Made by a program: the position numbers and the translations under genes. This document shows positions 21,907 through 31,815 of a stretch of 64,000 bases of DNA, piece by piece. Each line of letters starts with the position of its first letter. Within the stretch, counting starts at the first letter, position 1. The notes beneath the pieces are model-generated. The model worked only from the letters and a program-made list of their open reading frames with translations. It did no database searches and was not told where the DNA came from. Source of the DNA: Neoechinorhynchus agilis (Eukaryota; Animalia; Acanthocephala); contig CM121342.1 in the NCBI GenBank assembly GCA_051530055.1, positions 11,113,480-11,177,479 on the forward strand. Reading direction: 5' to 3'.

Positions 21907-22046
21907 AAAAAGAATCTAAACAAGCGGGCGGTGTCCAGGTAGCGTTGGGCGTTTCTTTGGTCTATTCATTTGGCTCGCTTCGCTCGGGTACGGCATCGGT
22001 GTCGTCGGTGGTGGAGGCGGCATCGCGGAATATCGTCGAAGACCGA
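21907..22046 (-). repeat. Duplicate of the 5' segment of the CRE-type element at 14311-14452
   Basis: Near-identical 140 bp (AAAAAGAATCTAAACAA ... GAAGACCGA). Confidence 0.85.
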
Positions 22047-22749
22047 TGCACCAAGCAGGTTTCGGAATAAATTCTCAAACAATGCACTCACACTGTTAAG
22101 GGAAATTATTAAAATCAAAAATCTTTTTTATCGATTATTTTGAGCGTAAATTTTTGCAGATTTTTTCTTTAGGTTTAATTAATAAGATGAATTAATCGCA
22201 AAGAGAACCTCTGGGTACAGAAGATGCATAGGTACTCTCAATGGAGATTCTTCATCCTATTTGTTCAGGTTCGTCCAATTGAGTGTATTGTGGGCCTAGT
22301 GCGTTGAGTGTTTCCAATCGAAGCGGTCTTGCTCAAGGTCTCCAGGAAGGTGCTAACGAATTTGGGTCTTTGCTTAGGGGGACGTCCTCTTGAGTGGCTT
22401 GATTGTCTAAACCTAAGTTACGTGTTCTAATTGCCTTCGCTTTAGCCGTTTTCGGTAGACGTTTGAACTTACTCATGTCAAATTTAATACTGAGATCACA
22501 TGTAAAAGTGTAGCCAAGAATTGTTATTTCGAGTGAAATTTAGTGCCAAATTCAGATGAAAAAAGCTGCCATAGAATTCCCGTTAGCGACGTTTCCCAAC
22601 AACCTACTTCGATTTGAGAATAAATTGTTTTTTTGAGGGTTGAGGGTGAAACCATTTGAGGTAGAATAGAGTTGAGCCAGATAAATTGTTCATGCAGTTT
22701 CTCTGACCGATAGTTGGGTTCTTTTATTACAACCAATGGTTTTAAGTAC

Positions 22750-24545
22750 TGGTTGTTTTCTGGCGAAGAAATAAAAATGATTTTATTTTAAAATCCGATA
22801 TTTCGGCACAATCTTGTGCCTTTATCAAGGTCTAAAAAATCATGTGGGGATTGATCAATATTCACTGTCCCAAGATTGAGCCTAAAGTCCGCCTTTTTTC
22901 CTTCAATTGTTTCCACTTGACCGATGAATATTGCCTCCATAATCACACGGTCCCATTTTGTTTCACTACGTGCCAAAATGGTAGCGTAGTCAATGCCATT
23001 AAGTGGTCCTGTTGGGCAAAATGGTTGAATGTTGCTAAACTGGCATCAGCACCTCTTCCTCAGAGCATATTTATGTTCCTTAATTATCCTTTGTATATTG
23101 TTGGTTTAGCCCAGGCTTGGCCAGTTATTGCATCGCATTCTGCATATTATACGATAACAGCAAGGACATTGGCTAACATGTTAAGAAACTTATTGTCTCA
23201 GGATAAGCACACAGTATCGTCAGGTGTGGAGTTCATAGGGAGATTGAAGGTGCACGCAAATGCAGAATATAGAACGGTTTCTGCCTATGTCGAGTCCCTA
23301 TTAACGAAAGTACCATTGAATTCAGCGATAAATCTTGCGATTCACATACTTCAACGCAATGTAGAAGGACGGAATTTAACTGAATCTGAATGGAAGGAAC
23401 TCTTATACATGTGCACGAGGAACTCGAATTTCAATTTCGAAGTTAAGAGCTACGATCAAGTTGGTGGATCGTTAATGGGGAGTCCTCTTGCCCCAGTTCT
23501 CATCGAATTGTTCATGCGTGATTGGGAGGCTAAGTATGTTTTCAGCCTACCGGGTGTGAAATTCTGGCAGAGAAACGTTGGCGATACTTTTATCTTAGTC
23601 GATGAAACCACAGAACCGGAATACTTCTGCCGCATGCTAAACCCCTAGCACGGCAACAAGTCGGCGAATAGCAATGCGATCCCTTTTTTAGACGTGTTGA
23701 TAACGCGATAAGAAGTAGAGTTAGCAACCACTGTTACAGAAAGATTGGTACACCGACTGACATTGCCCTCCCTTTCATCACAATGACACCAATTATATAT
23801 ATAATAACTAGGATAAAGTCGCTGTTTGATCGTGCCTGCAACTATTGTTCCAACAAGGATTCCCTCAACAACGGGTTACAATTTTTTAGGAAAATGCTCA
23901 AAGGAAAGGGCTATCCAATCGACTTGATAAGAAGAGCTATTTGCGGGGCCTTCTATTCAAAGAAAACTTTGTACCAAAGTCAAAGCAAAACGCCCTCACA
24001 AGTGCACCATTCGTCGACGAGGAGTTCTTCACTGCAATTAACAACCTGACCAAAGAAGGCACGTCAAAAGACATGGAGTGTTGTATTTGCACCAAGAAAA
24101 ATAAGCAACTGAACTCCACGGTGAAGAAACGTGAAGAACATCAAGGCAAAGGAGTGGTGTACAAAATTCCTTGCACTGAAAGGAGAATTCAGGAACATAA
24201 ATATGCTCTGAGGAAGAGGTACCGATGAAAGTTCAACAATACCCAACCATTTCGCCCAACAGGACCACTTAATGGCATTGACTACGCTACCATTTTGGCA
24301 CATAGTGAAACAAAATGGGACCGTGTGATTATGGAGGCAATATTCATCGGTCAAGTGGAAACAATTGAAGGAAAAAAGGCGGACTTTAGGCTCAATCTTG
24401 GGACAGTGAATATTGATCAATCCCCACATGATTTTTTAGACCTTGATAAAGGCACAAGATTGTGCCGAAATATCGGATTTTAAAATAAAATCATTTTAAT
24501 TTCTTCGCCAGAAAACAACAAATTTGAACAATTCAATCTCCGAAC
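22750..24545 (+). mobile_element. Penelope-like element (RT + GIY-YIG remnant) with an inverted copy of its 3' end at the 5' side; 12-bp TSD GGTTTTAAGTAC
   Basis: PLE RT motifs VESLLTKVP, MGSPLAP, WQRNVGDTF and RIKSLFDRA; GVVYKIPC...RIQEHK. 22753-about 23100 is the reverse complement of about 24180-24520. TSD at 22738-22749 and 24546-24557. Confidence 0.88.
24441..24476 (+). ncRNA. Minimal type-I hammerhead-like motif at the PLE 3' end, U3-A8 variant (also 22795-22830 minus, 30641-30676 minus; decayed at 39970-40005 and 52952-52990)
   Basis: CC-TTGATAA-A-GGCACA(AGAT)TGTGCC-GAA-ATAT-C-GG: stem II of 6 bp, palindromic ATAT stem III, AUC cleavage triplet and CC/GG stem I. Confidence 0.55.
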
Positions 24546-24709
24546 GGTTTTAAGTACATTTTGTCATCTCACAGATAAGCGCTCTTCGTTGATGACGGGC
24601 GTGATTCGCAAGTTCACTTGAGAAAGTTCATCATCTTTGAGTCACGTTTTGCTTGCAACTCAGATCTTGAACTTCTTTGTAAAAAATTCTAACGGCGCAC
24701 TCTTTAATT

Positions 24710-25720
24710 ATGATGACCCTGACAGAAAATCCAATGGTGTTTGTCGATGATCTCATCAACCGTCACAAAATAGTTTTGTTCAGCAAGAGTTACTGTCCTT
24801 TCTCTCTTCTGGCAAAGAATATTTTGAAGCATCTTCAGTTTAAGAACGTCGAAATAGTCGATTATGATCAATTCAAGCAGTGGAAGGACATTCAGGATTA
24901 TCTCGTTAATATCTACGATTCGAATCTACCAGCACCCAGGGTTTTCTTAAATGGGAAGTGCATAGGAGGCGGCGTTGAAATTCTTTTTGGAGATAATCAG
25001 CTAAATCGAACACTGATCGAGGAAAGTCTAAATGAGAAAAAGGAGAATGCAAAAAAATACGTCGATTTATTGCTTAAAATTCACAAGGTTGTAATGTTTA
25101 GTAAGAGCTATGACACGTTTTCGGACGTAGCTAAGAGCGTATTAAATCGATATCAAATCGAAGATTTAAAAATCTGTGAATTGGATCAAATCGAAAACTG
25201 TAGTGAGATAAAAGATTACATAGCCAGTATTTGCGATGACAACCGAACAATCCCGAGAATATTTCTCAATGGAAAATGTATTGCCGGAGGATTGGATCTT
25301 AATAAAATGAATACTCAAGGCAAATTGATTCCGATGTTACGCGAAGGTGGCGTTAAAATGAACGAAGAAATCGCAAACAAACACGAACTTGCTCAGAACT
25401 CGGAATGTTCAATGGAATTTGCGAAACAATTCGTTGATAATCTAATTAATAATCACAAGGTAGTTGTGTTCAGCAAGACGTATTGCCCGTTTTGCATTCT
25501 GGGCAAAAATGTTCTTGGCCTTTACAACATTAAAGATATTAAGACGGTTGAAATAGAAGATATGCCGGAATGCAATCAAATTCAAGAATATTTGGGGACG
25601 TTGTGTAATGGAGAATCAACTGTTCCTCGCGTTTTTGTCGAAAGGAAATTCATCGGCGGAGGATCGGAAATGGAGAAATTTCATAATTCTGGAAAATTAA
25701 AGGAGATGCTCAAACTTTAA
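24710..25720 (+). CDS. Three-domain class-I-type glutaredoxin (336 aa), copy 1
   Basis: Three repeats of (V/L)FSK(S/T)Y...(T/P)(V/I/A)PR(V/I)F...IGG; active-site positions read CPFS, DTFS and CPFC; intronless intact ORF. Confidence 0.92.
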   Translation: MMTLTENPMVFVDDLINRHKIVLFSKSYCPFSLLAKNILKHLQFKNVEIVDYDQFKQWKDIQDYLVNIYDSNLPAPRVFLNGKCIGGGVEILFGDNQLNRTLIEESLNEKKENAKKYVDLLLKIHKVVMFSKSYDTFSDVAKSVLNRYQIEDLKICELDQIENCSEIKDYIASICDDNRTIPRIFLNGKCIAGGLDLNKMNTQGKLIPMLREGGVKMNEEIANKHELAQNSECSMEFAKQFVDNLINNHKVVVFSKTYCPFCILGKNVLGLYNIKDIKTVEIEDMPECNQIQEYLGTLCNGESTVPRVFVERKFIGGGSEMEKFHNSGKLKEMLKL

Positions 25721-25909
25721 TTGTTTAACCGTTTGAAAGGTGATCTTGCGTATTTGGAATTTTCGCTGATAAAAATTATACTTTTGATTCACTGTTTATT
25801 TTTGCTCCGATAACAACAATGTGTCCAAGTTTACTAAAATTCAAATGTTCCTTCGTAGTCCCGATTTAAAAAATATAACGTTAAATATCATTTTTACGGC
25901 AAAAAATAA

Positions 25910-28900
25910 TTAGTTCGTTGCCTTTTTGTCTTTTTTATAACTTAATTGTTCATCCATTTTCTTACTTGAGGATTTAGCATGTACTTCAATATTTCTTATC
26001 TTGCCGCTATGTAGGTTCCCGGCCATTTCTGCATGTTGCCTTCTTTTCTGTTTTGGTTTTCCCAGCTTCATGTTCTCCATAGCTTTTTGCATCTTATTCA
26101 CATCCTGCTGAGTTATTTCTAAAATATATTGCATTGGATTGGCCATAGTCGCTTCTCCGGCAACCATTTTCTCGACAGGTGATTGCTCTTTTGTCTCATC
26201 TCTTGCCTATTATTTTTATCCCATGACGCGTTAAAACGAAAGGTAGGTTTTTCCTTACTTGCAAAATATTTTCAAGTGAATAATCAATGGATTCGTCAAG
26301 ACCTTGCTCGAGAGCCTTTTGTCGCAATAATTTCATCTTTTCCAATGCCCATAGTGCCATGTCTTTAAAGGTCGCATCGCTATTCGGCTAAAGAAGATAA
26401 AAGTGCTGAAACCTAATGATTTTTACTGATTTTTGTCAAAAGGATCAAAAACAACTGATACTTTAAATCACTTTTCTTTAGCACTCTAAATTATCATCAA
26501 TATTTTTGTAATGTATTTTGCTGGGGTGATTGTAGCTTTAAACTTTTAAATATGAAATATTAAAATACTGGGTCAAGAATGGTCACTTCTTATGGTCACC
26601 ACCTTTTCAGGAAAACGTGGGAACTTATAGAATTTTTTGTATTTATCTTTGGGGATTTCGCTATTCGCTTAAAAGCCCGCACAGTTACCACCCACCTGCA
26701 CTCTCCCTTCGCGTGTACTCACCGAATCGTCTTCGAGCCCAGCTCGAACCAATGTTATTTTTATGTTCATTATCAGTGTCTCCACAAAATAATTGACACA
26801 CTGCTCTATCATTATATGATCCATTGCATTCTCTTGCTCTGTGGTTTTTCTCTCATTCTCAAGTCCAGTATCAGACATCTTATCTGCCACACTGGATAGT
26901 GAAACCAAAATTAGTAGAGTACTGTCTCAAGGAGTCTTACATGTTCCTTAGTTGCCCAAAACATTCGCGTGTCGCATTCTTGCCGTTGTCTTCATAGCTT
27001 CTTTGTTGAATGTTTAATTCGGATTCTAGTTTGTCTTTTGATAGAAACTGACGAAGTAACGCTCTGTTTCGCTGTATCTTATCCAACTTTTGCAACAATT
27101 TATTTGGTGAGAACTATACGATAGAGGTTTTGGTGTACATGAGAGCGCCTGAGATTAAACTAAAAACGCAAATCAAAGGTCTTTTGTTCTACACATTAAT
27201 TATCCACTTGCAATAAATCGGTACCAAATTTTCTCTTAGAGGGACTCATCGCAAATCAAACAATTTGAATTTTGCTAATGAAATATTTACCTCAAGATCC
27301 GGTTCGATGCCATTATGGGCCATAAGTAAGCTCATTTCATGGCTAAGTATTTGTTGTGTCAATGATTTATGTGGACGTTCGTCTAAACATTTCCCGATTA
27401 TAATAAGCAATTGGCGTATATCATCCACTCTTACGTTTTTCCTCGATGTTATTAATTTTGTGATTGGCTGCAAATCTAATTCTTGCGCTTACGTCTCTAT
27501 TGGCCACGTCTTCAGCAATTTTCAGTTGTTCAGCATTTTGTTCGATGACTTGTACGGCGTTCGTCGTTTCTATTATACGCTTTTCAAAATCTGATTTCAA
27601 TTTCGTGTACTCTGCCCATAATTTTAAATTGGTGCTTGTTAGGTCATACATCTCTTTCTCTTCTTGCATTGAAGCATCTTCACTTAAAATCTTCTCCCTT
27701 GCTGAAATTTCACTCATCAAATAAGATGTTGCCTGATTGTTTAACGTAGAATGAAAATTACACAGAAACTGAGAACTTCGACTCACCGATTCAATGACAC
27801 TTTTCAATCTATCTGTGAAGTTAACGGCGTTTCTTATAAATTGACATCGGGATTCATGTGAAAATTGGTTCCGCCTGTTTTTTTTACCACGACGCCTATG
27901 CCTTCTTGGAAAAGTATTCTCAACGCGGACGTTATTCTGAATGTTTTTGACGAGCTGCAGATCTTTCTTCGTTTCAACAATGCAATGTTTTAATTCTTTA
28001 CTTCTAGATCTAAGTCTTGTTAGCTTCTGTACTTGATCCGTAAATGTACTGTTCAGCAAATTGAGGACTTTCTATATGCAAATTGTGACATGTTTGTCAA
28101 AGTTCAAAAGAACAAATGGTTTATCAGAACGCGAGTTACTAATGCTACTTTTAAATCAGGGACGGTTTTAATATAAAATGATTCTCATCTAGAAATTATG
28201 TAATCGTCCGATTCCATTTCTTAAGTATTTACATTCTTATGGAATTCACCGAATTTCAGGCCCTGAAAGCCGTGTAAAATAATCTAATTAGTGCACTAGA
28301 CGTGCAATGTCTATTTCATTTGCAATTTGAAAGCGAGGTACTATATTTTCATATCAACAAGATTCTTTAAAAGCTCATCTTCTGTAAAATCCAAATTCGT
28401 GAAAAAAAATCGGAACTAGGCATTAAAATACGACTCACCAAAAACAATTTCTTGAAAATTTTATTTATGTTATTAAAATTTAGATCTAAAATTTTTTACC
28501 TCATATCCGGATATTGGTGTAATATGTTTTATATCCAAATCACTTAAAAGGATAGCAATGTCTTCGGCCTATGCAACATTTTAAATTCAAAACATCATTC
28601 TAGCGCTTGATTTCACTTACGGCTTTTAATCGAAAAAATGGAACATAATCTTTGTAAATGGCATTCTTCTTTTCGATTACGGCATTTCCGCTAATCAATT
28701 TCGCCCTGGTTGATTCGCTTTTCTGTTCGGCTCTAGACAGCTCGATTTCTATAGACGATAACAACTTTAATGTTCATTTTTAATAAACAATCAATTACCC
28801 TTCTCGTCCAGCATCAATTTGGTTAAATATTTCTCATCCTCTAAATCTATATGTTTTCTGTTCACAAATCCAGGGCCATTCCTGCCTTTTCCAGCAATCT

Positions 28901-28922
28901 TCATTTTAGCCAAATTGACCAT
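25910..28922 (-). CDS. Uncharacterised multi-exon gene(s), coiled-coil rich; exon structure unresolved
   Basis: Open minus-strand frames at 27421-28059, 27246-27473, 26669-26908, 25910-26167 and from an ATG at 28922. No family recognised. Confidence 0.4.
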
Positions 28923-29394
28923 TGTTAGAATTTTATCGTAGTAATTTAAAACTAACATCGGTTACCTAGGAAACACTTTTAAAAGTAAAATGTAGTTGAC
29001 ATTTTAACAACGCAACTGCTAAACAATAAACTTTCTAAAAAAATTATGAACGCAATTTTTCCATGGAAAGAGAGCGAATCGCAAAACGAAAGGGATAAGT
29101 TAGATGAATAAGTGAATTGGAATAGTAAGCGTTTATTTATATATTTTAGATTTTACTTTGATCATTCAAGGCTCCGCCGATTTCAAGAGAAAATGTTACT
29201 AAATGCATCTACACAGTTCGCTGATTTCTCCGAATAGCGTGTGTTTAACAAACGGACTACGAAGGAACATTTGAATTTTAGTAAACTTGGACACATTGTT
29301 GTTATCGGAGCAAAAATAAACAGTGAATCAAAAGTATAATTTTTATCAGCGAAAATTCCAAATACGCAAGATCACCTTTCAAACGGTTAAACAA

Positions 29395-30405
29395 TTAAAG
29401 TTTAAGCATCTCCTTTAATTGTCCAGAATTATGAAATTTCTCCATTTCCGATCCTCCGCCGATGAATTTCCTTTCGACAAAAACGCGAGGAACAGTTGAT
29501 TCTCCATTACACAACGTCCCCAAATATTCTTGAATTTGATTGCATTCCGGCATATCTTCTATTTCAACCGTCTTAATATCTTTAATGTTGTAAAGGCCAA
29601 GAACATTTTTGCCCAGAATGCAAAACGGGCAATACGTCTTGCTGAACACAACTACCTTGTGATTATTAATTAGATTATCAACGAATTGTTTCGCAAATTC
29701 CATTGAACATTCCGAGTTCTGAGCAAGTTCGTGTTTGTTTGCGATTTCTTCGTTCATTTTAACGCCACCTTCGCGTAACATCGGAATCAATTTGCCTTGA
29801 GTATTCATTTTATTAAGATCCAATCCTCCGGCAATACATTTTCCATTGAGAAATATTCTCGGGATTGTTCGGTTGTCATCGCAAATACTGGCTATGTAAT
29901 CTTTTATCTCACTACAGTTTTCGATTTGATCCAATTCACAGATTTTTAAATCTTCGATTTGATATCGATTTAATACGCTCTTAGCTACGTCCGAAAACGT
30001 GTCATAGCTCTTACTAAACATTACAACCTTGTGAATTTTAAGCAATAAATCGACGTATTTTTTTGCATTCTCCTTTTTCTCATTTAGACTTTCCTCGATC
30101 AGTGTTCGATTTAGCTGATTATCTCCAAAAAGAATTTCAACGCCGCCTCCTATGCACTTCCCATTTAAAAAAACCCTGGGTGCTGGTAGATTCGAATCGT
30201 AGATATTAACGAGATAATCCTGAATGTCCTTCCACTGCTTGAATTGATCATAATCGACTATTTCGACGTTCTTAAACTGAAGATGCTTCAAAATATTCTT
30301 TGCCAGAAGAGAGAAAGGACAGTAACTCTTGCCGAACAAAACTATTTTGTGACGGTTGATGAGATCATCGACAAACACCATTGGATTTTCTGTCAGGGTC
30401 ATCAT
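29395..30405 (-). CDS. Three-domain glutaredoxin, copy 2 (inverted)
   Basis: Same 336 aa from the ATG at 30405; differs by S>G (FSKS to FGKS) and K>Q near the C-terminus. Confidence 0.92.
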   Translation of the reverse strand: MMTLTENPMVFVDDLINRHKIVLFGKSYCPFSLLAKNILKHLQFKNVEIVDYDQFKQWKDIQDYLVNIYDSNLPAPRVFLNGKCIGGGVEILFGDNQLNRTLIEESLNEKKENAKKYVDLLLKIHKVVMFSKSYDTFSDVAKSVLNRYQIEDLKICELDQIENCSEIKDYIASICDDNRTIPRIFLNGKCIAGGLDLNKMNTQGKLIPMLREGGVKMNEEIANKHELAQNSECSMEFAKQFVDNLINNHKVVVFSKTYCPFCILGKNVLGLYNIKDIKTVEIEDMPECNQIQEYLGTLCNGESTVPRVFVERKFIGGGSEMEKFHNSGQLKEMLKL

Positions 30406-30571
30406 AATTAAAGAGTGTACCGTTAGAATTTTTTTACAAAGAAGTTCAAGATCTGAGTTGCAAGCAAAACGTGACTCAAAGATGATGAACTTTCGCAAGT
30501 GAACTTGCGAATCACGCCCGTCATCAACGAAGAGCGCTTATCTGTGAGATGACAAAAATGTACTTAAAACC

Positions 30572-31155
30572 GTTCGGAGATTGAATTGTTCAAATTTGTT
30601 GTTTTCTGGCGAAGAAATTAAAATGATTTTATTTTAAAATCCGATATTTCGACACAATCTTGTGCCTTTATCAAGGTCTAAAAAATCATGTGGGGATTGA
30701 TCAATATTCACTGTCCCAAGATTGAGCCTAAAGTCCGCCTTTTTTCCTTCAATTGTTTCCACTTGACCGATGAATATTGCCTCCATAATCACACGGTCCC
30801 ATTTTGTTTCACTACGTGCCAAAATGGTAGCGTAGTCAATGCCATTAAGTGGTCCTGTTGGGCAAAATGGTTGAATGTTGCTAAACTGGCATCAGCACCT
30901 CTTCCTCAGAGCATATTTATGTTCCTTAATTATCCTTTGTATATTGTTGGTTTAGCCCAGGCTTGGCCAGTTATTGCATCGCATTCTGCATATTATACGA
31001 TAACAGCAAGGACATTGGCTAACATGTTAAGAAACTTATTGTCTCAGGATAAGCACACAGTATCGTCAGGTGTGGAGTTCATAGGGAGATTGAAGGTGCA
31101 CGCAAATGCAGAATATAGAACGGTTTCTGCCTATGTCGAGTCCCTATTAACGAAA
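30572..31155. mobile_element. Partial PLE copy (3' end + RT N-terminus), a direct repeat of 22753-23309
   Basis: ORFs 30634-30822 and 30688-31179 match 22788-22976 and 22842-23309 up to VESLLTK. Confidence 0.88.
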
Positions 31156-31174
31156 ACTGCTCAATTTTGGTTTT

Positions 31175-31310
31175 ATTGATGCAAGGTTTTTACGGTCGGA
31201 TGCCCTTCCTGACACCAACTCTCCCCATTTATCGGAGCTTGGGACCGGCACCGAGTTTCCTCGGGGCTTGATATGTTGCCCGTAATCTCTACAAGGACTA
31301 GTGATCGAAT
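31175..31310. mobile_element. Short SINE/retroposon-like fragment
   Basis: GGTTTTTACGGTCGGATGCCCTTCCTGACACCAAC...CTTGGGACCGGCAC resembles a repeat motif I recall from invertebrate SINE/RTE-type repeats; family not identified. Confidence 0.3.
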
Positions 31311-31815
31311 CGCGATAAATCCAATTTTTAACTCAATATTTTATTAAGAGCAAAGTTAAATGAACTACATATCCTGGATCTTTACGTGGCACCATAATTT
31401 AAATCGATATCTTCAGGGTCCGAAGTTTCTTTACAATGCAAGTTTCAGGAAATGGAAATTGCCTTAAGGGTGATATTCAAAAGCAGTCAAAAGCTTTCAA
31501 AATTAGAACAAAAAATAGTATACAGAAATTCGGTGTTTTTGTACAATCTTGGTCAAATCGCGTCAATGGCGTACACGTTTGTCTGCCATGTACATGGCAC
31601 CTATCGTAAATCTAAAAACATCTTTGGAATCAGGGCGCAAATATGTACTAAATGAACGAACTTTATTTCAGTGTGATGTCGAAAAACATAAAATTTGTTG
31701 GATTCCAAGTTTTAGTCAGACACGGAAGAACGCCACAAAAGAAGGAGAAAGTTCCAAATTGAGTCCGGCGGATAAAAGTGCGCGCCCGTTCCCCTTTTTC
31801 CATTTAGGTACAACA

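Larger units (their letters stand above)
24180..25861. repeat. Left arm of an inverted duplication (PLE 3' end + glutaredoxin); right arm 29254-about 30930; 3.4-kb unique spacer
   Basis: 25861 pairs with 29254, 25720 with 29395 and 24710 with 30405 (sum 55115); only a few substitutions and 1-nt indels. Confidence 0.93.

Noticed and set aside
1-24500. Telomere or subtelomere interpretation (hairpin end, telomere-targeting retroelements)
   Set aside because: No telomeric repeat array is visible, and the palindrome centre lies in retroelement debris.
31549-31815. N-terminal extension of the RBM26-like ORF (and the similar 30406-30498 extension of glutaredoxin copy 2)
   Set aside because: These come from non-ATG starts in the ORF track; homology begins at the downstream ATG.
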